From an uncultured Cytophagia bacterium (GTDB lineage Bacteria; Zhuqueibacterota; Zhuqueibacteria; Thermofontimicrobiales; Thiofontviventaceae), in assembly GCA_964498785.1 (NCBI GenBank), contig CAZCJL010000021.1, positions 2,818 to 66,817 of the forward strand: 64,000 nt of DNA. Reading direction: 5' to 3'. Below the pieces are notes generated by a model. That model worked only from the letters and a program-made list of their open reading frames with translations, was not told the DNA's origin and made no database searches. The translations under genes and the position numbers were made by a program. Below, piece by piece: positions 29,076 to 39,423 of the stretch; position 1 is the first letter of the stretch, and the number at the start of each line of letters is the position of its first letter.

Positions 29076-30612
29076 TTATCACCCCCTGGTTTTTTTTGAA
29101 TAAGGCAATAGACAGCGGAACTAAATTTAGGATAGAAATAGCCATCGAAAAGATATTACCATGTATCGTAAAAAACGTGTGTTCATTTCTTAACTGAACG
29201 TCATTTACCAGAAACAAACGTTCAAAAATTGGCGATTGATCAGATATCCTGCCATAAGTATCAATGAACATTGAAACGCCGGTATTCGCACATCTGGCAA
29301 TACTAATTCTGTTTTCGATTGCTCTGAAAACAGCAGCTTGCGCGTGATGATAGGGGGCAGAACTTCGCTTGAACCACCCATCATTTGTAATGATGGTAAG
29401 CAGTTGAGCGTTGCCATCTGTTACAAATCGTCGAACCAGTTCCGGAAATAATGATTCAAAACAAATGATAAGCGAAATCCTGATTTCTTTTTGTTGTGAT
29501 GTGTTTTTGTCTGTAATCGGAACGAAAAATGTTTTTATGGATTCTCCGGGAGAAAAATTACCTTCGCCCATTTCAAGGCTCTCTAAAAAATCCCGAAACT
29601 TTGGGAATACTTCTGTAAACGGCACTCTTTCTCCAAAGGGAACGAGGTGGAGCTTGGCATAACTTTCCAATAACTGTTTGTTTGGTTCCACCAGAAAAGC
29701 AGAATTGAACGTTTTATAATCTTGATTAGAATAGAATTGATAATCGTGGGCGCCTGTTAGCAGGGGGATGTTAATCGTATTTACTAAATTTCTTATGTTC
29801 GATAAATAGCTGTGATCGTATCGTAGATATGTAGGCACAGCAGTTTCCGGCCAGATGATTATCTCCGGATTGAGATGCGCGGCTGCCTGCGTGAGACTGT
29901 CATAAATTGCATAATTTTCTGACCAGAAATCAGAATCGTTTTTTAAAAACGGATCAATATTTCCCTGAATAAGCGCAACTCGTATTTTTTCGTGCAGTTG
30001 ATTGTCCGGCCTGGGAATCACCCATTTGCCGTATAGCCATGGAAAAATGAATAATACGATTAAACACAAGTAGAGTGCAATTGCATAAGTTAACTTACGA
30101 TGATTATAAAAAATCGCCATAATAACCACGTTTATGCACACAATCCAAAATGACACTCCATAAACACTCGTAAAGCTGGCATATTGAATCAGGGAGAGAT
30201 AATACGTTTGTGAGTAGGCCAGAGATGTCCAGGGAAATCCCAATACTCCGAGTGATCGGATATATTCAATTCCGGTCCATAAAAAAGGAATAGAAAGAAA
30301 TAAATAATTCATACCGAGACGTTGACGAAGGAATGTATAAAAAATGGCAAATAAGATAAAATAGACCGGCAAATAAAGGATTGCCGCGATACTTCCGGGG
30401 ATAGTGACCCAGTTAATCCAGTACAGGGTGCCCATGTTAAAAAAGAGACCGGACAAATATCCCCATTTGATTGCGCCTTTATAATTTTCGTTATTTAAGA
30501 GAACAAAAAGAGGTATTAATCCAAAATAAGCCAGAAAACCTAGTTTAAAAGGTGGAAATGAAAGCGAAAGAACTATTCCACAGAGTAATGCCAAAAATAA
30601 ATTTTTATACAT
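29068..30612 (-). CDS. lnt: Apolipoprotein N-acyltransferase
   Basis: 514 aa with N-terminal polytopic TM segments and a C-terminal CN-hydrolase domain (…ALIQGNI…IIWPETA…). Confidence 0.85.
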   Translation of the reverse strand: MYKNLFLALLCGIVLSLSFPPFKLGFLAYFGLIPLFVLLNNENYKGAIKWGYLSGLFFNMGTLYWINWVTIPGSIAAILYLPVYFILFAIFYTFLRQRLGMNYLFLSIPFLWTGIEYIRSLGVLGFPWTSLAYSQTYYLSLIQYASFTSVYGVSFWIVCINVVIMAIFYNHRKLTYAIALYLCLIVLFIFPWLYGKWVIPRPDNQLHEKIRVALIQGNIDPFLKNDSDFWSENYAIYDSLTQAAAHLNPEIIIWPETAVPTYLRYDHSYLSNIRNLVNTINIPLLTGAHDYQFYSNQDYKTFNSAFLVEPNKQLLESYAKLHLVPFGERVPFTEVFPKFRDFLESLEMGEGNFSPGESIKTFFVPITDKNTSQQKEIRISLIICFESLFPELVRRFVTDGNAQLLTIITNDGWFKRSSAPYHHAQAAVFRAIENRISIARCANTGVSMFIDTYGRISDQSPIFERLFLVNDVQLRNEHTFFTIHGNIFSMAISILNLVPLSIALFKKNQGVINE

Positions 30613-30653
30613 AATTTGTTACGAATTCCCGGGAACGATATATTGGTAAAAAA

Positions 30654-30683
30654 TAATCAGATATTTTACAACTCATATCTGAT
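30654..30683. promoter_or_regulatory. Perfect 10-bp inverted repeat (AATCAGATAT-N10-ATATCTGATT) upstream of lnt
   Basis: Read directly from the sequence. It lies 40-70 bp upstream of the lnt start codon inside a 454-bp non-coding gap. Confidence 0.3.
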
Positions 30684-31066
30684 TAAAATTAAATACGAAC
30701 GAATTAAAGGACTCGATTTTTTATAAAGCAACACCAGTCAATAAAAAAAAGGGCTGAAAATTAATGGACGTTTGAACCGTGGAGATGGGTGATCTCTGTA
30801 TAAAGAGCCCGAACAACTGCCATTGTAGTTAGACGCTCAATTATCCGCGATTTTTACATTGCCTTCATCAACATGCGATAAATCTATCAGATCTGGATTT
30901 TGCGTTTACTATACCGATAAATATCAGTTAATACCACAGTCCCTGAGCTGAAGTTTCCGTACTTTCCATTTATGTGGTTACGCTTGGGCAGTACTTCTCA
31001 ACGGATCACTCTTAAAAACTGTAATTCGTCGATGCCCTTAATCCAGCCCTATGCACACTAATTGTG

Positions 31067-31378
31067 TTATGATTCCAGAGGTTGCTTTAATACTTCTTTT
31101 AGTAACTTACCTGCTTTGAAATGCGTTTTTCTCCGCGCCGGAACATAAATTATTTCACCGGTTTTAGGATTGCGGGCTTTAGGCTTTGGTTTTGTTGTTT
31201 TTACTTCAAATACACCAAAATCCCGAATTTCTATCCGCACTTCAGGATCAGCTTCTGCCATAAATTCACGCAGAGTGGTAAAAACGCCATCAACGATTTT
31301 TTCTGTAACATAAATTTTTTCACCGACCAACTTTGCTGTTCGTTTTGAGACATCTTTCTTGGTTATGGTTTGTTTCAT
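31067..31378 (-). CDS. HU/IHF-family DNA-binding protein
   Basis: 103 aa. …IRDFGVFEVKTTKPKPKARNPKTGEIIYVPARRKTHFKAGKLLKE… has the HU/IHF arm motif. Confidence 0.8.
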   Translation of the reverse strand: MKQTITKKDVSKRTAKLVGEKIYVTEKIVDGVFTTLREFMAEADPEVRIEIRDFGVFEVKTTKPKPKARNPKTGEIIYVPARRKTHFKAGKLLKEVLKQPLES

Positions 31379-31414
31379 AACTTCTGCTCCTTTGTTTATT
31401 TAAATTTGATTCAG

Positions 31415-33634
31415 TTACTTTTCAGCTTGATTTAATATGCGGTAATTTCCGTCTATCCGTTGAACACTGATGACTCCTTTTATTTTGCGAACCCGGTTCA
31501 TGATGCGGTTGAGATGGTTTAAATTTAAAACTTCTATTACCATGACATTGCTTGCCAGTGTGTCCTGAGTTTTCAAATCCATGCTTACAATATTTGTGTT
31601 CATCGATATGAGTGAGTCTGTAATATCACGCAAAAATACTCGGTTGTTTTCGGCAATCACATTAATTTTTGCCACAAATTTTTTGCTGTTATTAACCGCC
31701 CATTGCACGTCAATGTTTCTGTCTTCCTCTTCTAACAGTTTTGGTACATTTTTACAATCAGTACGATGGATAACAACGCCGCGTCCTTTTGTAATAAAAC
31801 CAATTATCCGGTCACCTGGAAGTGGTTGACAGCATTTTCCGAAGTTAATGAGTAAATTATCCAACCCCTGTACTTTGACTGTATTATCAATACCCCAGGC
31901 TAATTTGATAAAACGCTTCAGAAAGGAATCAATTTTGTCCGACTGAATGTTATCCGGGGCAATTTTATGTACAATTCTGGTCGGCGTTAAATCTCCTCGT
32001 CCTATGGCTGCATAAAACTTTGCAGCATCATTATAATTAAACTCTTTCGCAATCTGTTTAATTTCATCATTTTTTAACGATATATTAAATTTTATCAGTG
32101 TTTTATTTAATAGTTCTTCTCCCAATTTGCTGCTTTGCGCAAATTGTGTTTCTTTAATCCACCGCTTTATCTTATTTTTTGCTTTATTTGTTTTGACAAA
32201 TTTCAACCAGTCTTGATTTGGATGCTGATTGTTAGATGTAATAATTTCCACCATATCACCATTTTTAAGGCAGTGGTTTAACGGAACCATTTTACCATTC
32301 ACCTTCGCTCCGATGCAATGAAAACCAACATCCGTGTGAATATGAAAAGCAAAATCAATCGGTGTGGAATCATTCTCTAATTGCCAAAGATCATGATCTG
32401 GTGAAAATACAAAAATCTCATTTTGAAATAAATCATCGATTTTTAAGCTCTGGATAAATTTATCCGGGTCCTTTGCATCATCAAAAATTTTCTGTCGTAG
32501 CTGAATTAGCTTTTCTTCAACTTCATCTAATCGTTTCCGGCCTTCTTTGTAGAGCCAATGTGCCGCGATTCCGGTTTCTGCTTCGTCATTCATTTTTTCG
32601 GTTCGAATTTGAACCTCAACCACCTTTTGATTTTCATGGCCATTTGAATTCGGTGTATAAATAACTTTTGCATGGATAGATTGATATCCATTTTCTCGCG
32701 GGTTTTGGATATAATCAGAATAAAGCTCATGTACAGGTACAAATTCATTCTGAACCACAGATAATGCCGCGTAACAATCTTTAAAACGGTCATGTAAAAG
32801 GCCGTCTTTAACAATAATTCGTATTGCTAAAATATCATTTATTTTATCAAATGAGTAACCGCGGTTAATCATTTTTTTATGAATCGAATAAATGCTTTTG
32901 GAACGACCATGCACTTTACATATAATACCGGCCTTGCTTAACCCCTGCTTAACAATTGAAACAATCTGATCAATATGGGTCTCTCGCACTTCCCGGCTTT
33001 CTGCCAGCCGGGTTCTAATATTTTCATACGTTTCAGGTTCAAGGAACTTAAAAGAAAGATCTTCAAGCTCCTGTTTGATTTTTGAAATCCCGAGACGATG
33101 GGCAAGAGGCACGTAAATTGCCATTGCTTTCTCGCCAACATCTTTTATTAGTTTTGAATTTCGCTTTTCTAACGTAGCGTTGATTGCTCGCATATAGATC
33201 AAACGATCAGCAAGTTTAATAATTATCACCCGAATGTCCCGTGCGATTGATAGCACAAGCTTCCTGAGTTTGTCGGTCTGTTTTATATGTTTATTCCGAA
33301 AATGTAATTCACTAATCTGGTAAAGACCAACGACAAGATCATAAATATTTTTTCCAAATTTTTCTTTAATAACCTGTTTATCTGTCTCAGTATCAATCGT
33401 GATGGCGTGCAAGAAACCACCGATCACTGTTTCATAATCCATTCTGAGTTCAATAAGTATGTCTACAACCTTAAGACAATGCTCAAAATAAGGTTCACCG
33501 GAAATATATAATTGATCCTTGTGGGTGTTATAACTAAATTCAAACGCCTGTTTTATTAAATCTTCATTAACGTTATTGCTGTATTGTTTAATTCTGCTGA
33601 CTATCTCGGCAAATTGTTTACGATATTTTTCCAT
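31415..33634 (-). CDS. relA: RelA/SpoT-homolog (RSH) paralog 1 with degenerate hydrolase HD motif and intact synthetase motifs (RelA-like)
   Basis: 739 aa. The HD region reads …SGEPYFEHCLKVVDILIEL…FLHAITIDTETD… (HD replaced by HA) and RLIYMRA replaces RLHNMRT. The synthetase core is intact: HGRSKSIYSIHKKM…DILAIRIIV…YQSIHAKV…VEVQIRTEKMNDEAETGIAAHW. TGS and ACT-like C-terminal domains are present. Confidence 0.85.
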   Translation of the reverse strand: MEKYRKQFAEIVSRIKQYSNNVNEDLIKQAFEFSYNTHKDQLYISGEPYFEHCLKVVDILIELRMDYETVIGGFLHAITIDTETDKQVIKEKFGKNIYDLVVGLYQISELHFRNKHIKQTDKLRKLVLSIARDIRVIIIKLADRLIYMRAINATLEKRNSKLIKDVGEKAMAIYVPLAHRLGISKIKQELEDLSFKFLEPETYENIRTRLAESREVRETHIDQIVSIVKQGLSKAGIICKVHGRSKSIYSIHKKMINRGYSFDKINDILAIRIIVKDGLLHDRFKDCYAALSVVQNEFVPVHELYSDYIQNPRENGYQSIHAKVIYTPNSNGHENQKVVEVQIRTEKMNDEAETGIAAHWLYKEGRKRLDEVEEKLIQLRQKIFDDAKDPDKFIQSLKIDDLFQNEIFVFSPDHDLWQLENDSTPIDFAFHIHTDVGFHCIGAKVNGKMVPLNHCLKNGDMVEIITSNNQHPNQDWLKFVKTNKAKNKIKRWIKETQFAQSSKLGEELLNKTLIKFNISLKNDEIKQIAKEFNYNDAAKFYAAIGRGDLTPTRIVHKIAPDNIQSDKIDSFLKRFIKLAWGIDNTVKVQGLDNLLINFGKCCQPLPGDRIIGFITKGRGVVIHRTDCKNVPKLLEEEDRNIDVQWAVNNSKKFVAKINVIAENNRVFLRDITDSLISMNTNIVSMDLKTQDTLASNVMVIEVLNLNHLNRIMNRVRKIKGVISVQRIDGNYRILNQAEK

Positions 33635-33731
33635 CAGGCTCTTGGTAAATTCTATGATGCTTGCTTTTATTTACAGTACATAAACTATATATTTTTTATT
33701 AAATAATCAAGCTAAAAATAATAAAAATAAA

Positions 33732-35945
33732 TTAATATACCTCTGTTTCCGATTTAATGTCACCGTTCAATCTCTCAACACTTATCATACCATCAATATT
33801 TCGTATTTTATTGATAGCGCGCGTTAATTGATTAAGATTTTTCACTTCAATGACCAGCGTATTATGAATAAAAGCTCCTTCGGTATTTAAGATCATCCGG
33901 ATAATATTTGTTTGAATAGATGCAGTTGACTCAGATATGTCTTTTAAAAAGTTAGGGCGATTGTCGGCAAAAACTTTTAGTTTTACTAAAAATTGCCTGT
34001 CTTTATCCACATCCCATTCAACATGAACCTTTTTTTCCGGGTGTTGAAGTAAATAGCTGATTCGTGTGCAATCACAACGATGGATTTCTATGCCCCGTCC
34101 CCTGGACATAAATCCGAGTATTCGATCTCCGGGAATCGGCTGACAGCAATCTCCAAAAGCGATTAAAAAATTATTTTCCCCTTGAATTCTGATCCCATTT
34201 TTAGATGTTTTCGGATGTTTTGAAGATTTGCCATTATTTTTTTTATTCGATTTATCTGAATGTTGTTCTGGTGAAATTTTTTCCAGAACCTCTTTCACGT
34301 TTAGTTCTGCTTTACCGAGCGCGATATGTAATTGATTGATATCATCTAAGCCATAAGATTGGGCAATTCCTGTAAGATTTAAATCTTGTTCGGAAATATT
34401 TATTTTGTTAAGTTCGATACTTAATAAATCTTTACCGAGTTGTAAGCTCTGTTCGAATATAGCATCCTTAACCCAGCGTTTTATTTTGCTTTTTGCTTTT
34501 GAGGTTTTGATAAACTTCAGCCATTCTGGATTTGGTTGTGCTTTGTTAGATGTCAAAATTTCAACAACATCGCCGTTTTTTAATTGATAATTTAGCGGAA
34601 CGATTTTGCGATTTGTTTTAGCCCCGATGCAATGGTAGCCAACATCAGTATGAACACTAAATGCAAAGTCTACTGCCGTCGATTCGCGCGGCAGGCGGTG
34701 AAGATCTCCATTTGGGGTAAAAACAAAGACTTCATCACGAAAAAGGTCGTTCTTGAGATTTTCCATAAAATCACCAGAATCTTTTGACTCTTGCTGCCAT
34801 TCTAAAATCCGCCTTAGCCAGGCATACTGTTGCTCTATTTCAGATTTATTGATTTTACCTTTGTTTGTGATCCAGTGAAAGGCAATTCCGTTTTCTGCAC
34901 GCAAATCCATGTTTTGAGTACGGATTTGTATGTCCGTCATTTTCCCGTTTGGCCCGATAACAGTTGTATGAAGTGACTGATACAGATTTGATTTTGGTGT
35001 TGCAATATAATCTTTAAAATGATCATGAACCGGCGTGAATAAATTGTGCACCACTCCTAAAACAAAATAACATTGTTCGACTTTGTCTACCAAAATTTTT
35101 ACTGTGAAAGCATCGGTGATCTCCTCGAATGGCAGGTCTCGATATTTCATTTTTTCATATATTTTGAATAAGTTTTTTATTTCACAGAGAATATTAACAT
35201 TTGTAATATCAATTTTTTTAAGATCATTTTTTATCTGTGCACTGATTTTAGCGACATATTGTTCACGCGATGGGGAATCGTCAGAGATTTTCTTTTCGAT
35301 GAAGTCATATTTTTTAGGATGTAATGTTTTAAATACACGATCTTCTAATTCAGATACAATTTTGGTGATACCCAGTCGGTGGGCCAGCGGAGCATAGACA
35401 TCCATGGTTTCCGCTGCGATTCGTTTGCGTTTACGGGAAGGCAAATAGTCGAGAGTGCGCATATTATGTAGTCTGTCTGCAAATTTGATCAGAATTACCC
35501 GAATATCCTTAACCATGGAAATAATCATTTTACGAAAATTTTCCGCCTGCTTTGTTTCAAAGTTTTCGAAATTAATACCACCGATTTTTGTAACACCGTC
35601 GACCAGTAGTGCAATTTCTTCGCCGAATAAATCTTCAACCTCTTCAATTGTTACACCGGAATCCTCTGCAACATCGTGGAGTAGGGCGCTGCATATTGTC
35701 GCGGTATCCATTTGATAATCCGTCAAAATCATAGAGACAGCCAACGGATGTTCAAAAAATGGTTTTCCCGAACTTCGTAATTGATCTTGATGAGCTTTAT
35801 AGGAAAAATTGTAGGCTTTACGAATAAGTTCGACATCTAAAGCATCGTTATAGCGCCGAATTTTTTCGATAAGTTCATTAAATATTTTTATATATTTATT
35901 GTCCATACCAATGTAAATAAAAAAGTGAGAAACAATGGTTCTCAT
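33732..35945 (-). CDS. spoT: RelA/SpoT-homolog paralog 2 with intact HD hydrolase motifs and degenerate synthetase G-R-x-K motif (SpoT-like)
   Basis: 737 aa; the true start is possibly MDNKYIKIF at about 35906. The HD region is intact (…SGKPFFEHPLAVSMIL…LLHDVAEDS…RLHNMRTL). The synthetase region LCEIKNLFKIYEKM…DAFTVKILV lacks the canonical GRxK…DxxAxRII, though YQSLHTTV…IQIRTQNMDLRAENGIAFHW is retained. Confidence 0.85.
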   Translation of the reverse strand: MRTIVSHFFIYIGMDNKYIKIFNELIEKIRRYNDALDVELIRKAYNFSYKAHQDQLRSSGKPFFEHPLAVSMILTDYQMDTATICSALLHDVAEDSGVTIEEVEDLFGEEIALLVDGVTKIGGINFENFETKQAENFRKMIISMVKDIRVILIKFADRLHNMRTLDYLPSRKRKRIAAETMDVYAPLAHRLGITKIVSELEDRVFKTLHPKKYDFIEKKISDDSPSREQYVAKISAQIKNDLKKIDITNVNILCEIKNLFKIYEKMKYRDLPFEEITDAFTVKILVDKVEQCYFVLGVVHNLFTPVHDHFKDYIATPKSNLYQSLHTTVIGPNGKMTDIQIRTQNMDLRAENGIAFHWITNKGKINKSEIEQQYAWLRRILEWQQESKDSGDFMENLKNDLFRDEVFVFTPNGDLHRLPRESTAVDFAFSVHTDVGYHCIGAKTNRKIVPLNYQLKNGDVVEILTSNKAQPNPEWLKFIKTSKAKSKIKRWVKDAIFEQSLQLGKDLLSIELNKINISEQDLNLTGIAQSYGLDDINQLHIALGKAELNVKEVLEKISPEQHSDKSNKKNNGKSSKHPKTSKNGIRIQGENNFLIAFGDCCQPIPGDRILGFMSRGRGIEIHRCDCTRISYLLQHPEKKVHVEWDVDKDRQFLVKLKVFADNRPNFLKDISESTASIQTNIIRMILNTEGAFIHNTLVIEVKNLNQLTRAINKIRNIDGMISVERLNGDIKSETEVY

Positions 35946-36124
35946 GAACCTGTTTATGTCGAATAGTAAAACCGTTAATTTAACGGAAATACTTAGCGCT
36001 TAACCTGTAACACCATAATTTTTTACTGCACAAATTTCTATAAAACATCACTGGTCGAAGATGTTGCGATATCGCGTCGAGGAATTCATAAAAACCGAAT
36101 GATATATTTGGGTCCTGATTCTCA

Positions 36125-37522
36125 TCAAAAAGGAGACTTTGATTTCACAGATTCGACTTCACCGTAATACTCTGTATCCTGGCGCGGCGATAGATCTTCA
36201 AAACTAACAAATTCGTGTTTGAATACCAGTTCCACAGTTCCAATAGGGCCATTTCGTTGTTTACCGATAATAATTTCGGCGATATTTTCTCGTTCTGGCT
36301 CAACAATTCCATAAGCAGCCGGCCGGTAAATAAATAGAACCACATCTGCATCCTGTTCGATTGCGCCGGATTCTCGTAAATCTGAAAGTTGTGGCCGTTT
36401 GTCACCGCCTCGTGATTCAACAGCTCTGGATAACTGGCTCAAAGCCACTACCGGCACATCCAATTCTTTTGCAAGTGCTTTTAGCGACTGAGAAATTTCG
36501 GAAATTTCTTGCTGACGACTATCTGCTCTTTTAGGCCCGCGGATAAGCTGCAAATAGTCAATAACTAACATTTTAACATCTTTCTCATATTTTAAGCGCC
36601 TGGACTTGGCTTTTATTTCCAAAATACTTTGAGCGGGTGTATCATCCACATAAATCGGCGCTTCTGCTAATTGTCCCACTGCAAGGCTCAAATTTGACCA
36701 GAGATTTGGGGGTAATTTACCTGTTCGCACAAGATGTGAATCAACTTTCGCTTCTGCACAGAGCATACGCATGGCTAATTGATACGAAGCCATTTCCAGA
36801 CTAACAATCCCCACACCTGCATTATGCTTCACTGCTGCATTTCGTGCGATATTAAGACAAAACGCTGTTTTACCCATAGAGGGTCTGCCAGCCACGATGA
36901 TTAAATCCGAATTCTGAAAACCGGATGTCAATTCATCTAACCTGGAAAATCCGGTGGATACACCGGTGACGCCACCTTTTGTATGGTGATATAATTCAAT
37001 TTTCTCAAATGTATCTTGCAAAATAGGGTAGATAGAAGCAAACCCTTTTCTCAACCGTCGCTCAGAAAGAGTAAATATTTCTTTTTCTGCGCTATCCACC
37101 AGATCGTGTACATCGTGTGTTGATTCATAGCAACGAGTTGCAATACTCGTGGAAACGCTTAATAATTTTCGAAGCAGTGATTTTTCCAATACAATTTTAG
37201 CGTGGTATTCGACGTTTGCTGCAGAAGGTACTTTTTCTGCCAACTGAATCAAGTAATAATTACCGCCAACTGCTTCCAGATCGCCCGATTTTTGTAATTT
37301 ATCTGCCAACGTAATCACGTCTACTGGCTGCCGTTCTTCATATAAATTGTACGCTGCTTTAAATATTTTTTGATGTGCTGTTCGATAGAAAGCAGATTCA
37401 TCTAAAATTTCGACTGCTTTGCCCACAGCTTCATTTTCGATAAACATTGCTCCTAATACAGCCATCTCTGCATCAATATCCTGTGGCGGAATTCTATCTG
37501 TTTTTGGTTCACTTTTTGACAT
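36125..37522 (-). CDS. dnaB: Replicative DNA helicase
   Basis: 465 aa with an N-terminal DnaB domain (PQDIDAEMAVLGAMF), Walker A (GRPSMGKTAF) and the RecA-like H3/H4 motifs of DnaB. Confidence 0.9.
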   Translation of the reverse strand: MSKSEPKTDRIPPQDIDAEMAVLGAMFIENEAVGKAVEILDESAFYRTAHQKIFKAAYNLYEERQPVDVITLADKLQKSGDLEAVGGNYYLIQLAEKVPSAANVEYHAKIVLEKSLLRKLLSVSTSIATRCYESTHDVHDLVDSAEKEIFTLSERRLRKGFASIYPILQDTFEKIELYHHTKGGVTGVSTGFSRLDELTSGFQNSDLIIVAGRPSMGKTAFCLNIARNAAVKHNAGVGIVSLEMASYQLAMRMLCAEAKVDSHLVRTGKLPPNLWSNLSLAVGQLAEAPIYVDDTPAQSILEIKAKSRRLKYEKDVKMLVIDYLQLIRGPKRADSRQQEISEISQSLKALAKELDVPVVALSQLSRAVESRGGDKRPQLSDLRESGAIEQDADVVLFIYRPAAYGIVEPERENIAEIIIGKQRNGPIGTVELVFKHEFVSFEDLSPRQDTEYYGEVESVKSKSPF

Positions 37523-37531
37523 TTTAAATAT

Positions 37532-38230
37532 TTAATCTTTTTTGTTCAAATACAACATTTGCAATTTTTGTATATCTTCCCACGTTGCCCGTTTCCATTC
37601 CTGATGTCTTAGCAATGCAGCAGGATGATACGTTACTATCAATTTTGCACCCCGGAAATCATATATCTGGCCACGAAGCTGCTGCATCGATTTATCTGTT
37701 TCTAAAAGTACCTGTCCTGCGATCCTTCCCAGAGCCAGGATGAATTTGGGTTGTATAATATCGATCTGCATATCGAGATGTTTTTTACAAACATCGCGTT
37801 CATCAGGCAGCGGGTCTCTGTTCCCAGGCGGACGACATTTTAAAATATTGCTGATAAAAACTTCTTCCCGTTTTAAATCGATCGCCGCTAATATTTTTGT
37901 CAATAATTGACCGGCTGCACCAACAAACGGTTTTCCCTGCATATCTTCATCTGCTCCGGGCGCTTCACCGATCAACATAATATCTGTATTTGGATTACCT
38001 GCTCCGAAAACCGCATTCCGGCGCGTTTTGTAAAGGCCGCATTGTTGACAATTTTTGACTTTTAAAAAAAGTGCGTTTAATTGTTGGGCCTTGCTTTTGG
38101 GCTGTTGAGCAATTTTTGGTAATGTTTTTCTGGTCACATAAATCTCATTTCCATACAAATCTCGTTGATAGTGCAGATAATCGGAAATATCATTGATCAG
38201 TTCACCAGCAGTTCGATTGTCTTTATCCAT
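37532..38230 (-). CDS. Uracil-DNA glycosylase, family 4 (Fe-S type)
   Basis: Motifs [15 protein letters not shown] and the [12 protein letters not shown]…C pattern are typical of UdgA family 4. Confidence 0.8.
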   Translation of the reverse strand: MDKDNRTAGELINDISDYLHYQRDLYGNEIYVTRKTLPKIAQQPKSKAQQLNALFLKVKNCQQCGLYKTRRNAVFGAGNPNTDIMLIGEAPGADEDMQGKPFVGAAGQLLTKILAAIDLKREEVFISNILKCRPPGNRDPLPDERDVCKKHLDMQIDIIQPKFILALGRIAGQVLLETDKSMQQLRGQIYDFRGAKLIVTYHPAALLRHQEWKRATWEDIQKLQMLYLNKKD

Positions 38231-39413
38231 TTGAGTTCATTCTTTCAATTGCTTTTTGGATAATTTTTTCAGCGACTTTAAATTTACTCAAAAGCGGTAA
38301 CTTTTCTATCTTTTCTTCACTCTCAATAATCATTACCTGATTTTCATCGCTACCAAATTCCGCACCTTGCTTCATCGGATTATTTAGTACAATAAAATCA
38401 AGGTGCTTTTGTTCTAATTTCTGAAGGGCATTGGACACTTCATTTTCCGTTTCGAGCGCAAAACCAATCAGCAGGGTATTTCTTTTGTTTTCTCCGGCTT
38501 CTGCCAAAATATCAGGTGTTTTTTTTAGTTCAACATGAAAGGAAGCTGCAGACTTTTTTATTTTATGATCACTTACCTGTTTTGGTGAAAAATCAGCAAC
38601 CGCGGCTGCCATAATCAAGATATTTGCATCGGACAATTCGTTTATAACAGCATCTTGCATCTCCTGCGCAGTTTTAACATGCAATAACTCAATTCCGTTA
38701 ATTGCTGTGAGCTGAACCGGACCGCTGATGAGCGTTACTTTTGCACCGTGCATCGCGGCTGCCTCTGCCAGAGCATATCCCATTTTCCCGGAGGAATGAT
38801 TCGTAAAAACCCGAACTGGATCCAGAGGTTCTTGTGTTGGGCCGGCAGTAACAACTACCTTCATATTTTTTAAGGAATTTGAACCGTGAAGAACACAACG
38901 GATTTTAAATAAAATATCTTTTTCCTTAGCCAAACGTCCCCAGCCATATTCACCGCATGCTAATTCGCCATGTCCCGGATCAACAATATGATATCCATGC
39001 TTTTTGAGTTTTTCTAAATTTTCCTGAAAAACTGCATTCTGGTACATTTCCTTGTTCATTGCCGGGCAGAAAATAACCGGAACCGTAGCTGCACTAATTA
39101 ACGTTGTTAGTAAATTATCCGCAATACCATTGGCAACTTTGCTGATAGTATTGGCAGTTGCCGGACAAATAACGATACAATCAGCATCTCGAACCAGATC
39201 GATATGAATTGTGCTATTTTCAAACTGATCCCAGCTAACAGAATTTTCTGATAACGTTTCAAACGTTAACGGAGTTACGAATTGTTTTGCAGCTTTTGTC
39301 ATTACAACTTTTACGTGTGACCCGGATTTTAAAAGGCTTCGGACAAGTTCACACGTTTTGTAAGCTGCAATTCCTCCGGTTATTCCTACTAATATTTTTT
39401 TATCAGTAAACAT
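38223..39413 (-). CDS. coaBC: Bifunctional phosphopantothenoylcysteine decarboxylase / phosphopantothenate-cysteine ligase
   Basis: 396 aa with an N-terminal flavoprotein domain (KILVGITGGIAAYK) and a C-terminal CoaB ligase domain. Confidence 0.85.
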   Translation of the reverse strand: MFTDKKILVGITGGIAAYKTCELVRSLLKSGSHVKVVMTKAAKQFVTPLTFETLSENSVSWDQFENSTIHIDLVRDADCIVICPATANTISKVANGIADNLLTTLISAATVPVIFCPAMNKEMYQNAVFQENLEKLKKHGYHIVDPGHGELACGEYGWGRLAKEKDILFKIRCVLHGSNSLKNMKVVVTAGPTQEPLDPVRVFTNHSSGKMGYALAEAAAMHGAKVTLISGPVQLTAINGIELLHVKTAQEMQDAVINELSDANILIMAAAVADFSPKQVSDHKIKKSAASFHVELKKTPDILAEAGENKRNTLLIGFALETENEVSNALQKLEQKHLDFIVLNNPMKQGAEFGSDENQVMIIESEEKIEKLPLLSKFKVAEKIIQKAIERMNSNG

Positions 39414-39423
39414 ATTGGTGATA

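Noticed and set aside
30700-31060. Possible tmRNA, RNase P RNA, SRP RNA or 6S RNA in the lnt-HU intergenic region
   Set aside because: I could not find the diagnostic conserved strings (RNase P GGAAAGUCCGG / AGGGUGAAA, SRP GGAAGCAGCC, tmRNA tag ORF plus a T-arm/CCA end) on either strand. I kept it only as an unexplained non-coding gap.
35974-35990. Palindrome CCGTTAATTTAACGG between dnaB and the upstream RSH gene, as terminator
   Set aside because: It is a perfect 6-bp stem, but only 2 GC pairs and a 3-nt loop. It could equally be a protein-binding site, and the evidence is insufficient.
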